A DNA stretch of 57,362 nucleotides, from positions 1 through 57,362 of the forward strand of contig JALSOO010000030.1 in assembly GCA_026986355.1 (NCBI GenBank), read 5' to 3'. The notes beneath the pieces were generated by a model. That model saw nothing but the letters and a program-made list of their open reading frames with translations. It was not told where the DNA came from and did not search any database. This document shows positions 21,152 to 31,871 of the stretch, one piece after another; the first letter of the stretch is position 1, and the number at the start of each line of letters is the position of its first letter. A program made the translations under genes and the position numbers. This DNA comes from Campylobacteraceae bacterium (lineage in GTDB: Bacteria; Campylobacterota; Campylobacteria; Campylobacterales; Sulfurovaceae).

Positions 21152-22389
21152 CTAAAAACTCCTCTAAATATAAAACTCATCACTATTAAATATAGTGTAT
21201 AATTCAACGCAAATGCGTAAGTAACACCTACTAATCCAAAACTATTTAAGAAGATAACCGATAGTAGTGCAAAGATAATTCCAAATATAATCTCTGTTAT
21301 AATAAAAACTTTTGTCATCGCTTTTGCTAACATTAGGTAGCCTAATAACCATGAAGCAATTTTAATAACATCTCCAATTAACTGCCACTTAAACAGCTCT
21401 AGCATGGGTGTAAACTCTTTTGTAAATGCTATATCAATAATATATATACGAAAAAAGTATATTGTCAAAGCCAAAATAGTTACAATTGGCATAATAATTA
21501 TATATCCATTTAATATCTCTCTTTTTAGCTCTTTTTTATCCTCTATCTCTGATAATTTAGGAAGATAGTAGACTCCAAGAGATGTGGTTACGATAAGTAG
21601 ATACATGGTAGATATATAGTACATTCCCTGCCAATATCCAGCCTCGTCCCAGCCTATATTTGAACCAATATAGTTTCTAATAAATAGTAGAACCATCGGT
21701 ACTGCCATTGCACTAACAATGGTCATAAACGTAAATTTACCTAGTTTTATAGCACTTGATTTATCTATACCTAAAGTAAATAGTTTTAAATTAAACCAAT
21801 CTGATTTTACTACAAATCTCAATGTTATAAAAAAGAGTATAGATTGATTGAGTATCAAAGCATATAATGCACCCTCAAGATGATAGAAAAATAGAAGTAG
21901 TGAGGTAAAAATTAGAGATATAATACTCCCACTAATATTAACTATTGTAAATTTTTTTATCTCTTTATGCCCATTTAAAATTGATAGCATTAGGGCATTT
22001 ACTGCATAGAAAATAATAGTTATCCCAAATACTTTAAATATATTTATATACTCCAATGAGTTCAAAACTTTTTGAGATAGATTATCTGAAAATATAATTA
22101 TAATAATTCCTAAAATTAATGAGCTTATAAATGTTATAAATAGAGCAGTACTCAATAGTTGTGCTTTTTTAGGATTATCTCTATATTCAGCTGTATATTT
22201 TATGACTCCTTGGTCAATTCCTCCTGTAGATAGTGTCTTGATAATAGCAATAAAGTTTTGAAACTGTCCAATCATAGCAAGTCCACTCGCTCCGATATAG
22301 ATTGCTATGAGTTTGTTGATAAAAAATCCAGATAGGACTTTTATAACGGTTGAAATAGCTGTTAATATAGATGTATTAATTAAATTCAT
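21148..22389 (-). CDS. wzx: O-antigen/repeat-unit flippase (WzxE-like)
   Basis: About 12 TM; GQFQN, GVIKY, AGYWQG, YYLPKLS and QLIGDVIKI motifs. Confidence 0.88.
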   Translation of the reverse strand: MNLINTSILTAISTVIKVLSGFFINKLIAIYIGASGLAMIGQFQNFIAIIKTLSTGGIDQGVIKYTAEYRDNPKKAQLLSTALFITFISSLILGIIIIIFSDNLSQKVLNSLEYINIFKVFGITIIFYAVNALMLSILNGHKEIKKFTIVNISGSIISLIFTSLLLFFYHLEGALYALILNQSILFFITLRFVVKSDWFNLKLFTLGIDKSSAIKLGKFTFMTIVSAMAVPMVLLFIRNYIGSNIGWDEAGYWQGMYYISTMYLLIVTTSLGVYYLPKLSEIEDKKELKREILNGYIIIMPIVTILALTIYFFRIYIIDIAFTKEFTPMLELFKWQLIGDVIKIASWLLGYLMLAKAMTKVFIITEIIFGIIFALLSVIFLNSFGLVGVTYAFALNYTLYLIVMSFIFRGVFR

Positions 22390-23470
22390 TAATGACTCTT
22401 ACTATTTGTTGTGTATCTTCAATAGATTGTAGACCACTAATAGGTAAGCTTAAAACCTCTTTGTGTATTTTTTCTGTAATAGGAAAAGATAATTTATTCC
22501 ACTCTTGATAGGCTTCTTGTTGATGAGGTGGAATAGGGTAGTGGATAAGTGTTTGTATATTATTATCTAATAGATACTTTTGCAACTCATCTCTTCTTTT
22601 TACTTTGATAATAAAGAGATGCCAAACGCTATCTGTTTCTACTATAGGAAGTGTAATTGCACTGTTTTTAATATTTTGTATATAAAAAGAGGCTATATCT
22701 TTCCGATTTGTTATCTCTTGCTCTAAATATCTTAATTTTACTCGTAAAAGTGATGCTTGTAGCTCATCTAATCTACTATTTACCCCTTTATACTTATTCT
22801 CATATTTTTTATGACTACCATAATTTTTTAGTGCTTTTATTGTATCGGCTAACTTTTTATCATCGGTAGTAACTGCTCCAGCATCTCCTAACGCTCCTAG
22901 ATTTTTACCTGGATAGAAACTAAATCCACTTGCATCTCCTAGAGTTCCACATCTTCTATCTTTATAAAAAGCTCCATGAGATTGGGCAGAATCCTCTATA
23001 ACCTTCAAATTATATTTTTTGGCTAATTTATATATCTCGTCCATCTCACATGTTTGCCCATAGAGATGAACAACCATTATTGCTTTTGTCTTTTTAGTTA
23101 TCTTATCCTCTATTTTAGAGCTATCAATAAGAAGAGTATCTAATTGGGGTTCAACTAATATAGGGGTTAAGTTATTTTGACTAATTGCTAAAATAGAGGC
23201 AATATAGGTATTTGCAGGAACAATAACCTCATCTCCATTTTCTAATACTCCTATCTCTTTATATCCTCTGATTATAAGGGTTAACGCATCAAGTCCATTA
23301 GCTACACCGATACAATATTTTGCTCCACAAAACTTTGCGAACTCTTCTTCAAACTTACTGCATTGAGTGCCTTGAATATACCAACCACTATCTATAACGG
23401 TTTCACAAGCTTCTAAAAGCTCCTTTTTATATTGAGCATTAATTGCTTTTAAATCTAAAAATGAAATCAT
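22376..23470 (-). CDS. fdtB: DegT/DnrJ/EryC1/StrS aminotransferase (dTDP-3-amino-3,6-dideoxyhexose, FdtB/QdtB-like)
   Basis: [33 protein letters not shown] and NSRLDELQA; near fdtA. Confidence 0.8.
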   Translation of the reverse strand: MISFLDLKAINAQYKKELLEACETVIDSGWYIQGTQCSKFEEEFAKFCGAKYCIGVANGLDALTLIIRGYKEIGVLENGDEVIVPANTYIASILAISQNNLTPILVEPQLDTLLIDSSKIEDKITKKTKAIMVVHLYGQTCEMDEIYKLAKKYNLKVIEDSAQSHGAFYKDRRCGTLGDASGFSFYPGKNLGALGDAGAVTTDDKKLADTIKALKNYGSHKKYENKYKGVNSRLDELQASLLRVKLRYLEQEITNRKDIASFYIQNIKNSAITLPIVETDSVWHLFIIKVKRRDELQKYLLDNNIQTLIHYPIPPHQQEAYQEWNKLSFPITEKIHKEVLSLPISGLQSIEDTQQIVRVINEFN

Positions 23471-24405
23471 ATTATCTCCAATTCATAAAAATCATGTACT
23501 ACTGCTCTTGCCCCAAAACCCTCTTTTTGTGCAATCAGACCACTATTTAAGTATCTACCCCCATCTTCATTGGAGGTTCCAAAATCAAAATACTCTTTAT
23601 CGGTATAAAAATGATTTATAAGTCTATCTATTATAAAATCCAAAGCTCCAATTTCTCTTCCTTGATTAGAGTTTGCTAGATATTGGGTATGTACTATCGT
23701 TTTATTTTCAAAAACAATAGCTCCTGCTAATATCTTTTCATCTTTTTTAGCTATAAATAGTTTTATATTATTTGGAAATAGTGTATGCAGAGAGTAAATT
23801 TCATCTAAGCTATGGACAGGGGTAGAGTTATGTTTTGTTTTTAGAATCTCTTCTAATAGCTCCCAAAACTCCTCATATCTATTTGACTCTTCTATCTCTA
23901 ATGCACTCTTTTTTGCCTTATTTATAATCCATTTTCTACCCTTTGAGTATTTAATTTGATTTTGAATATAGATAGTAGAGCTTACATCTCGTCTAAAGAG
24001 TTTGGCATCATTTATAAATAGTCCATATCTATCCTCTTGTGATGCTAGATTATGATAAATATAGGGAATTGTCTTATATATAACTCTATCTATGTTTTGT
24101 TTTTTGAGATAGTTTTTTAACTCTTGAAATAGATTTAACATTATTTCTGTTTTCATCTTACTATCTATAATAAATCCACCAAAAGTAAGACCTTGATGAG
24201 AATAGAGTATATTATCTACTATATTTGCAGGAAGAAGAGCGATTAACTTTTTTTTATCATCAAAAAATAGTAGTGAATAGTCTTGAAATCTATCGCTATG
24301 GTACTCCATATAATCTCTATAAAAAAAGAAATGAGAATTTTTTGCATTTTTTATAAATCTATCCCATAATGGTTTGTGCTTACTCTTATATCTATCTATC
24401 TCCAT
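23467..24405 (-). CDS. GNAT-family N-acyltransferase
   Basis: [22 protein letters not shown] and FDFGTS...KEGFG motifs; lies between fdtA and fdtB. Confidence 0.75.
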   Translation of the reverse strand: MEIDRYKSKHKPLWDRFIKNAKNSHFFFYRDYMEYHSDRFQDYSLLFFDDKKKLIALLPANIVDNILYSHQGLTFGGFIIDSKMKTEIMLNLFQELKNYLKKQNIDRVIYKTIPYIYHNLASQEDRYGLFINDAKLFRRDVSSTIYIQNQIKYSKGRKWIINKAKKSALEIEESNRYEEFWELLEEILKTKHNSTPVHSLDEIYSLHTLFPNNIKLFIAKKDEKILAGAIVFENKTIVHTQYLANSNQGREIGALDFIIDRLINHFYTDKEYFDFGTSNEDGGRYLNSGLIAQKEGFGARAVVHDFYELEII

Positions 24406-24802
24406 AATTTACTATCTCCAAAAAATCATCATAGTCTCGTATATAATCACTGTCTCTGTAGTAGCTATCCGAAAAAACCATTAAGATACAATCTTGACTG
24501 AAATCATGCATCTCCCCCCAAATTAGAGCATTTTGAAAAAGTCCAACATTTGGTTTATTTAGAGTATAGGTCTCTCTCTTTTTACCATTATCCAATGTAA
24601 CTTTACAGCTACCATTAATGGCTATTAGTAGTTGTTTACTTCTATAGTGAGAGTGTTGCCCTCTGGATATATCTTTTTGTGTACCATAGATATAAAAGAC
24701 TCTTTTAATATCAAAAGGAACATTTTTACCCTCTTCAAAAGGGATTAAAGAGCCTCTTTCATCTCCCATAACTTTAAAATTAATTAGATTATTATCTATC
24801 AT
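24392..24802 (-). CDS. fdtA: dTDP-4-keto-6-deoxyglucose 3,4-ketoisomerase (FdtA/QdtA cupin)
   Basis: DERGSL, RGQHSH and DYIRDY motifs. Confidence 0.85.
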   Translation of the reverse strand: MIDNNLINFKVMGDERGSLIPFEEGKNVPFDIKRVFYIYGTQKDISRGQHSHYRSKQLLIAINGSCKVTLDNGKKRETYTLNKPNVGLFQNALIWGEMHDFSQDCILMVFSDSYYRDSDYIRDYDDFLEIVNYGDR

Positions 24803-25811
24803 TATATTTCTCCAAATACCACTTTACTGTCTTCTCAATTCCACTCTCAAAACTCTCATAAGCCTTCCAACCAAGTTCTCTCTCTATCTTGGTTGCATCA
24901 ATAGCATAGCGTTTATCATGTCCTGCTCTATCTTCCACAAATGTAATTAACTCTTTATAGCTTCTACTTATTGGGACTCTCTTATCAAGTATTTCACAAA
25001 TTTTATTTACTATATATAGATTGTCTCTCTCATTCTTTCCACCAATATTATATGTTTCTCCTGATTTTCCTTTGTGGTATGCTAAGTCTATACCTTTACA
25101 ATGGTCTAATACATATAACCAATCTCGTATATTCTTACCATCTCCATATATTGGAATATGCTCTTCTTTTACTGCTTTTCGTATAATAGTAGGTATCAAC
25201 TTTTCAGTGTGCTGTTTTGTACCATAGTTATTTGAACAGTTTGTTATAATGGTGTTTAACCCATAGGTCTCATTATAACTTCTAACAATCATGTCACTAC
25301 TTGCTTTACTTGCTGAGTAGGGTGAGTTTGGAGCATAAGGGGTATCTTCTCTAAATAGTCCATACTCTCCTAGAGTTCCATATACTTCATCGGTTGATAT
25401 GTGATGAAAACGGCATCTATTATAATCTTTTTTGTATTGAAACGGTCTATTCATCCAATATTTATAGGCTACATCTAAAAGGGTAAAAGTACCATTTATA
25501 TTTGTTTTTATAAAAATATTTGGATTTTTAATAGAGTTATCTACATGAGACTCGGCTGCAAAATGTATAACTCCTTGTATATCAAATTCACCAAAGATAT
25601 ATTCTACCAACTCTCTATTACAGATATTCCCTTTTATAAATCTATATCTTGGATTATCTTGAATCTCTTTTAGATTATCTAAATTACCTGCATAGGTAAG
25701 TATGTCTAAATTTATAATAGAGTAATTAGGATATTTTTCTAAAAAATATGGTATAAAATTACTACCTATAAAACCAGCTCCACCTGTAATAAGTATCGTG
25801 TTACTTATCAT
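24792..25811 (-). CDS. rfbB: dTDP-glucose 4,6-dehydratase
   Basis: [25 protein letters not shown] and YSASK. Confidence 0.96.
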   Translation of the reverse strand: MISNTILITGGAGFIGSNFIPYFLEKYPNYSIINLDILTYAGNLDNLKEIQDNPRYRFIKGNICNRELVEYIFGEFDIQGVIHFAAESHVDNSIKNPNIFIKTNINGTFTLLDVAYKYWMNRPFQYKKDYNRCRFHHISTDEVYGTLGEYGLFREDTPYAPNSPYSASKASSDMIVRSYNETYGLNTIITNCSNNYGTKQHTEKLIPTIIRKAVKEEHIPIYGDGKNIRDWLYVLDHCKGIDLAYHKGKSGETYNIGGKNERDNLYIVNKICEILDKRVPISRSYKELITFVEDRAGHDKRYAIDATKIERELGWKAYESFESGIEKTVKWYLEKYNDR

Positions 25812-26673
25812 TATCTATTATCTCCTTTAGATATTCTCCATAACCACTTTTACTAAGTGGTTTAGCTATCTCTAAAACTTTATCTTTATCTATCCAACCA
25901 CTATTATAGGCTATCTCTTCAAGACATGCTATCTTGTATCCTTGTCTATTCTCTATGGTTTGTACAAATGATGAAGCATCTAGTAGGCTCTGATGTGTTC
26001 CTGTATCTAACCATGCAAATCCACGACCAAGAAGTTGAACATTTAATCTATTCTCTTTTAGATATATTTCATTAATAGAGGTTATCTCTAACTCTCCTCT
26101 TTCTGATGGTTTTACTCTTTTAGCTATCTCTACGACACGGTTATCATAGAAGTATAATCCTGTAACGGCAAAGTTTGATTTTGCTTTGGTTGGTTTCTCT
26201 TCTATGCTTATTGCTTTTTGATTTTCATCAAACTCTACAACACCAAATCTCTCTGGGTCTTTAACTTTGTATCCAAAGACAATAGCACCCTCTTTTAGTT
26301 TTGATGCCTCTTGAAGTCTAGGAGAGAAGCCTTGCCCATAAAATATATTATCTCCTAAAATGAGACATACACTATCATCTGCTATAAACTCTTCCCCTAA
26401 AATAAATGCTTCTGCAAGTCCATCTGGAGATGGCTGTATCTTGTAACTTATCTCTACTCCCCAATTACTACCATCTCCAAGTAAATCTTGAAAATTTTCA
26501 ATATCTTGTGGTGTAGAGATAAGAAGAATCTCTCTTATCCCTGCCAACATCAAAACCGATAGAGGGTAATATATCATCGGTTTATCATATATCGGTAGTA
26601 TCTGTTTGCTTATACTTTTTGTTAATGGGTATAGTCGTGTTCCACTCCCTCCTGCTAATATAATTCCTTTCAT
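25801..26673 (-). CDS. rfbA: Glucose-1-phosphate thymidylyltransferase
   Basis: [22 protein letters not shown] and WLDTGT. Confidence 0.97.
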   Translation of the reverse strand: MKGIILAGGSGTRLYPLTKSISKQILPIYDKPMIYYPLSVLMLAGIREILLISTPQDIENFQDLLGDGSNWGVEISYKIQPSPDGLAEAFILGEEFIADDSVCLILGDNIFYGQGFSPRLQEASKLKEGAIVFGYKVKDPERFGVVEFDENQKAISIEEKPTKAKSNFAVTGLYFYDNRVVEIAKRVKPSERGELEITSINEIYLKENRLNVQLLGRGFAWLDTGTHQSLLDASSFVQTIENRQGYKIACLEEIAYNSGWIDKDKVLEIAKPLSKSGYGEYLKEIIDNDK

Positions 26674-27416
26674 GAACTGTGAACCTTTCCTCCTATAAAT
26701 TTTTTAATAAATCTATAAAAATAGTCAATATCTGTTGATATAGGTCTCTTTTTATAGTTATCTAGATACCTCTTTTCTGATTCGATAATCTCATCAAAAC
26801 TTTGTGGATTATCGACATAGTATGGAGGTATAAGACCAGGTTTAAATTTCTCTCGATAGACTCTATGTTTTTTTGGATAAGCGTTTAACATAGTATCTCC
26901 TAATGGTCGTACTCCTATAAGTTTCAAATCTCCATTTAAGAGATTTAGAAGCATTGGTAGCTCATCTAGCCAATATTTTCGTAGAACTTTTCCTAGTTTT
27001 GTGATTCTAAAATCATTCTTTATTGTCCCATCATCACTCAATCCATTCTGTTCAATTACAAACGATTGAATATATTGAGAGTAGGGTTGCATAGTTCTCA
27101 TTTTATATACATATATCCTCTTTCCACCTATACCTGTTCTTGGTATTTTTATTATCATAGAGGACTCTTTTTGAGGTTCAAAAGGAACTTGTTTTACCTT
27201 TCTTATCTCGAGTAGCATAATCTTCTCTTGATATTTGACGTTTAATATTTTAAAGCCCATATAGGATATATATCCAAGGTAGAGTTTTGTATCTCTTTCT
27301 AATTCTAAAATAAAAATTGAGTTTATCTGTTGTTTCTCTAACCCTTTTAATATCTTTTCTATATTTTTATTAGAAATACCACTATACTCAATGACTCTTT
27401 TTCGTAAGATACCCAT
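26670..27416 (-). CDS. Bacterial sugar transferase (priming phosphoglycosyl transferase), atypical N-terminus
   Basis: [18 protein letters not shown] and GVRP catalytic motifs; first gene of the locus. Confidence 0.85.
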   Translation of the reverse strand: MGILRKRVIEYSGISNKNIEKILKGLEKQQINSIFILELERDTKLYLGYISYMGFKILNVKYQEKIMLLEIRKVKQVPFEPQKESSMIIKIPRTGIGGKRIYVYKMRTMQPYSQYIQSFVIEQNGLSDDGTIKNDFRITKLGKVLRKYWLDELPMLLNLLNGDLKLIGVRPLGDTMLNAYPKKHRVYREKFKPGLIPPYYVDNPQSFDEIIESEKRYLDNYKKRPISTDIDYFYRFIKKFIGGKVHSS

Positions 27417-27569
27417 TGGTAATCCTTTTTTTTATTTATAATTTATAAAAACATTCTGTTTTAAACTATTATTTTTTAATAGAGTTGAAATATTACCATT
27501 TTTTATCTTCAATAGATGTTATAAAATAATTTTAAATGTTATAGAGAAGCTACTTTAATATAAATATTA

Positions 27570-27575
27570 TATAAT
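27570..27575 (+). promoter_or_regulatory. -10 box 6 nt upstream of start codon (possible leaderless transcript)
   Basis: TATAAT-attcct-ATG with no Shine-Dalgarno sequence. Confidence 0.45.
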
Positions 27576-27581
27576 ATTCCT

Positions 27582-28328
27582 ATGAATAAAATTAAACAAA
27601 TGTTAGATAATGAAGTAAAAAATCGAAACAAGAACTCTGAACTATCTTATGATAGACCAGACCCACTCTTGATTGCTACTAGATATAGAGATGAGACTAT
27701 TGCACTCATTTGTGCCTTGTTTGCTTATGGAAATGCTAAACTTATTGTAAAATTTTTAGACTCATTGGATTTTTCACTATTGGAATCATCAGATGATGTT
27801 ATTAAAAAAAGTTTATCATCTCACTACTATCGTTTTCAAAACTCTGATGATGTAGTTGCAATTTTTATAGCTCTAAAACGTCTAAAAGAGATAGATAGTA
27901 TTGAAAATATATTTTATGAGGGGTATAAAAGAGAGAATAATATATTAGATGGATTATGGAATTTTATAACCATACTCAAAGAGGTATATCCTTATGAGAG
28001 TAGGGGATATAAATTTTTAATTGGTTCTGTGCCTAAAAAGCCAAATTCGGCAGGTACGTATAAACGTTACTTGATGTATCTACGTTGGATGGTACGTTGT
28101 GATGAGTTAGATTTAGGATTATGGTCAAAGATAGATAAAAAAGATTTACTTATGCCACTAGATACACATACCTTTAAAGTATCACAAAAATTAGGTCTAT
28201 TAAAGCGAAAAACTTATGATATGAAAGCAACCATAGAATTGACATCTACATTAAAAACTTTTGATAGATTAGACCCTATCAAATATGATTTTGCACTTTA
28301 TCGTTTAGGACAGGAAAAAGTGGTATAA
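27582..28328 (+). CDS. TIGR02757 family protein (HhH-GPD-like)
   Basis: LFAYGN, YRFQ, LRWMVR, PLDTH and DPIKYDFAL motifs. Confidence 0.85.
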   Translation: MNKIKQMLDNEVKNRNKNSELSYDRPDPLLIATRYRDETIALICALFAYGNAKLIVKFLDSLDFSLLESSDDVIKKSLSSHYYRFQNSDDVVAIFIALKRLKEIDSIENIFYEGYKRENNILDGLWNFITILKEVYPYESRGYKFLIGSVPKKPNSAGTYKRYLMYLRWMVRCDELDLGLWSKIDKKDLLMPLDTHTFKVSQKLGLLKRKTYDMKATIELTSTLKTFDRLDPIKYDFALYRLGQEKVV

Positions 28329-28329
28329 T
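28321..28329 (+). promoter_or_regulatory. Extended -10 promoter for gdhA
   Basis: TGGTATAAT, followed by AAGGA before the ATG. Confidence 0.55.
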
Positions 28330-28356
28330 TTAATATAAATTTAAGGAATATAGAAT

Positions 28357-29721
28357 ATGCAATCAACAATAGAAATAGAGAATATTTTAGATTATATAAA
28401 AGAGAGTAGCCCAGGGCAAGATGAGTTTTATCAAGCTACGCAAGAGGTACTCTACTCGTTAAAACCACTATTAGATAGAGATAGTAGATACATAGAACAC
28501 AATATATTAGAGCGTATTGTTGTACCCGAACGAAGTATGATTTTTCGTGTTAATTGGGTAGATGATGCAGGGAAAGTACAGACTAATGTAGGATATAGAG
28601 TACAGTTTAGCTCGACTATTGGACCATATAAAGGTGGTTTACGTTTTCACCCTAGTGTCAATTTGGGTATTATGAAATTTCTAGCTTTTGAACAGATTTT
28701 CAAAAATTCTCTAACAGGATTACCCATAGGTGGAGCAAAAGGTGGCTCAAACTTTGACCCAAAAGGTAAAAGTGATAATGAGATAATGCGATTTTGTCAA
28801 AGTTTTATGAGTGAACTCTATAAACATATAGGAAAACATAGAGATATTCCTGCAGGAGATATTGGAGTAGGGGCTAGAGAGATAGGCTACCTTTTCGGTC
28901 AATATAAAAAACTTACTGGAGAGTTTGATGGGGTTCTTACAGGAAAAGGTCTAAATTGGGGTGGCTCAAAAGCTCGTAAAGAGGCAACAGGTTATGGTTC
29001 TGTTTATTTTGCAGAGAATTTCCTAAAGGTATATGGTAAAAATTTAAAAGGTAAGAGATGTGCCGTTTCAGGCTCTGGAAATGTGGCTATTTATACTATA
29101 GAGAAGTTGTATGAGATGGGTGCTATTCCTATAAGCTGTTCAGATAGTAGAGGTACGATATATCAAAAAGATGGAATTGATTTACAAGCTTTGAAATCAA
29201 TAAAAGAGATTCATCACGCTTCATTAGAGGAGTATGCAACGGTCGATTGTAAATGCAACTATATTCCCGTGAGTCAATATCCAAAAGGTGGTCATGCTGT
29301 TTGGCATCTTCCTTGTGATATTGCATTTCCCTCTGCTACTCAAAATGAACTAACATTAATAGATGCAAAAAAATTAGAAGAGAACGGTTGTATCTTGATT
29401 AATGAGGGTGCAAACATGCCAACAACAGCAGAGGCATTAAAATATATTCGTAAAGAGACAAATCTTCTCTTTTCTCCAGGAAAAGCAGCCAATGCAGGTG
29501 GTGTCGCTACCTCTCAACTAGAGATGAGTCAAAATGCGAGTATGTCACAGTGGAGTTTCCAAGAGGTAGATATTAAACTACGAACTATTATGCAACATAT
29601 ATTCAAAATAGCATATGAGACATCAGTAGAGTTTGATTGTGAAGGAGATTTGGTAAAAGGTGCAAATATAGCAGGATTTAGAAAAGTAGCCGACTCCATG
29701 ATAGAGCAGGGGTCGGTTTAA
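28357..29721 (+). CDS. gdhA: NADP-specific glutamate dehydrogenase
   Basis: GPYKGGLRFH, GGAKGG, PAGDIGVG, EATGYG and GANIAGF. Confidence 0.97.
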   Translation: MQSTIEIENILDYIKESSPGQDEFYQATQEVLYSLKPLLDRDSRYIEHNILERIVVPERSMIFRVNWVDDAGKVQTNVGYRVQFSSTIGPYKGGLRFHPSVNLGIMKFLAFEQIFKNSLTGLPIGGAKGGSNFDPKGKSDNEIMRFCQSFMSELYKHIGKHRDIPAGDIGVGAREIGYLFGQYKKLTGEFDGVLTGKGLNWGGSKARKEATGYGSVYFAENFLKVYGKNLKGKRCAVSGSGNVAIYTIEKLYEMGAIPISCSDSRGTIYQKDGIDLQALKSIKEIHHASLEEYATVDCKCNYIPVSQYPKGGHAVWHLPCDIAFPSATQNELTLIDAKKLEENGCILINEGANMPTTAEALKYIRKETNLLFSPGKAANAGGVATSQLEMSQNASMSQWSFQEVDIKLRTIMQHIFKIAYETSVEFDCEGDLVKGANIAGFRKVADSMIEQGSV

Positions 29722-29727
29722 ATAGTT

Positions 29728-30993
29728 TTAGGAGAGTAATGCTCTACTCTCATCTAAAATCTTAAAAGACAAATCAAGTTTTGAGGCTCTTCCTAAATCT
29801 ATACTATTATCTTTTGTTATAAAAGTGATACTATTATCTTCTGTGTCAAAACTACTACTATCTTCTAATAGATTGTAGCATACTGCATCTATATTTTTAC
29901 TCTCTATGGAGTTTTTGGCATTTTTCAAGCCATTATTACTATCCATCTCTGCTTTAAATGCAATGGTGGTTAATCCAAGTTTATTTACCTTTTGTAGTAC
30001 ATCATCTGTCTGTTTAAGTTCGATTTTCCACTCTTCTCCAATATCTGACTTTTTAATCTTGCCAACTTGTGGAAATTTAGGAGTAAAATCGGCAACAGCA
30101 GATGCCATAAATAGATAGGGTTTTTTCTGTATTAGATGAACAGGTTCAGAGCTATTCATTGTAGCTTTGCTCATTTTTCCTTTTTTGGAGACACGTACAG
30201 CATCTACTGTATAGTCTCTCATCTCTTGGGCTGACTCTACATCTATTGTATATATCTCTGATGGTATATCTGAATGTTCTTTGGTAGTAATGAGACATAC
30301 ATCTGCCCCTCTTAGATATAGAGAGGTAGCTAGAGAATTTGCCATTTTACCTGATGAAAAATTGGATAGGTATCGTACTTCATCAATCTTTTCACGTGTT
30401 CCACCACCTGTTACTACCACTTTTCTATCTATCCAAAACTCCTCTTCTAGTAGAGCTTTGGCTGTTTGGTAAAATATCTCCGATGGTTCGGCTAAAGCAC
30501 CATTGCCAGTATCTCCACATGCTAATAGTTTGGATTGAGAAGAGATAATACGAACTTCATTAACAGCTAACATCTTTAATGAGCCTACTGTATAGTGATG
30601 TTCTATCATATTGGTATTGGCTGATGGAGCGATAAGTATCGTTTTAGAAAAAGCAAGAGCCGTCTGCAATAGGATATTATCGGCGATACCTTTGCTTATT
30701 TTATTTATACTGTTTGCAGTTGCAGGTGCAATCACAAACACATCACATTTTTTTCCAATATCTATATGGTTCAAACTAGAAGCCCAAGATTCTGAACTCT
30801 CTGTAAGTACACTATTTCGAGTCAGAGCCTCAAAGGTCAATGAAGATACAAAACGTTCTGCTGATGGGGTCATTACTACATGTACAGATGCACCTGCTTT
30901 GACTAAAAGACGAGCTAAATCACAAGCTTTATAGGCAGATATACTACCTGTTACACCCAAAAGAACGCTTCTATTTTTTAAATTAATTTGCAT
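29728..30993 (-). CDS. coaBC: Bifunctional PPC decarboxylase/synthetase
   Basis: GVTGSISAYK, APATAN, TGGGTRE.ID.VR and SSGKM. Confidence 0.95.
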   Translation of the reverse strand: MQINLKNRSVLLGVTGSISAYKACDLARLLVKAGASVHVVMTPSAERFVSSLTFEALTRNSVLTESSESWASSLNHIDIGKKCDVFVIAPATANSINKISKGIADNILLQTALAFSKTILIAPSANTNMIEHHYTVGSLKMLAVNEVRIISSQSKLLACGDTGNGALAEPSEIFYQTAKALLEEEFWIDRKVVVTGGGTREKIDEVRYLSNFSSGKMANSLATSLYLRGADVCLITTKEHSDIPSEIYTIDVESAQEMRDYTVDAVRVSKKGKMSKATMNSSEPVHLIQKKPYLFMASAVADFTPKFPQVGKIKKSDIGEEWKIELKQTDDVLQKVNKLGLTTIAFKAEMDSNNGLKNAKNSIESKNIDAVCYNLLEDSSSFDTEDNSITFITKDNSIDLGRASKLDLSFKILDESRALLS

Positions 30994-31149
30994 AATACTA
31001 ACTCACTTTGTTTTTAATAATTGGTTTATTCTAATCTCTTTTGCTGTGGGTTAGATGAAAATCTATTTTTATATTCTTAATATTGCGTTTAGTGTGTAGG
31101 TTTTTATATTTATATGCTATAAGGAGTTATAAAACTAAAAAGAGAAAAA

Positions 31150-31836
31150 ATGATAGAAAAAAATTATATAAAACTACCTAGAGGAACATTTTTGATGGGT
31201 AGTGAATATATGCCAAATGAGATGCCCGTGCATGAAGTAACTATTGATTATGATATTTTGATGTCTAAATATCAAGTAACGGTAGAGGATTACATGTTGT
31301 ATGCTCAAGCAACAGGAGTAGAAATACCAACTGATAAACATACGCATTTGGGAGTTGATGTTCCTGTTCGTAGGGTTACTTGGTTTGATGCGGTTGCTTA
31401 TTGTAAATGGATGAGTGAACGTGAAGGTAAAACTATACGCTTACCAACAGAAGCAGAGTGGGAATATGCGTGTAGGGCAGGTTCAAATAAAAAATATTTT
31501 TTTGGTAATGATGAAACCTTATTAACACAATACGCTTGGTACAGTGCCAATTCCAAAAGAGTTACTCATAATGTGGGTACAAAAGAGTCTAATCCTTGGG
31601 GTTTGTATGATATGTATGGGAATGTTTGGGAGTGGACACTTGACCGATATGCTGATAACTATGAGACAACACCAATAGATGGAACGCATCATAAATTATA
31701 CAGTGAGAAAGGTATGAGTCTGCGAGGAGGTGCATGGAGTGCTGAGCCTAAGAATTGTAGAAGTGCTAGACGTATCAATTTAGGTGCTACTTCTCGTAAC
31801 TATTTTGTTGGATTTAGGGTTGTTATTGAGATATAA
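31150..31836 (+). CDS. FGE-sulfatase (SUMF1/EgtB/PvdO-like) domain protein
   Basis: F.MGS, RLPTEAEWEYACRAG, NPWGLYDM.GNVWEW, RGGAW and GFR. Confidence 0.9.
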   Translation: MIEKNYIKLPRGTFLMGSEYMPNEMPVHEVTIDYDILMSKYQVTVEDYMLYAQATGVEIPTDKHTHLGVDVPVRRVTWFDAVAYCKWMSEREGKTIRLPTEAEWEYACRAGSNKKYFFGNDETLLTQYAWYSANSKRVTHNVGTKESNPWGLYDMYGNVWEWTLDRYADNYETTPIDGTHHKLYSEKGMSLRGGAWSAEPKNCRSARRINLGATSRNYFVGFRVVIEI

Positions 31837-31847
31837 GATATTTAATA

Positions 31848-31871
31848 ATGGTGGGTAAATTACCCCACCAT
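31848..31871. terminator. Hairpin between convergent FGE-domain gene and dnaJ
   Basis: ATGGTGGG-taaattac-CCCACCAT, an 8-bp GC-rich stem. Confidence 0.65.

Noticed and set aside
6599-27416. Polysaccharide locus as a mobile element, or as phase-variable
   Set aside because: No integrase, transposase, tRNA or flanking direct repeat recognised; no long G/C homopolymers; A/T runs are in frame and expected at this composition
31150-31871. FGE/C-type-lectin-fold gene followed by a hairpin as a diversity-generating retroelement target
   Set aside because: No reverse transcriptase and no template repeat of the 3' end seen in the window; the hairpin is explained as a terminator between convergent genes
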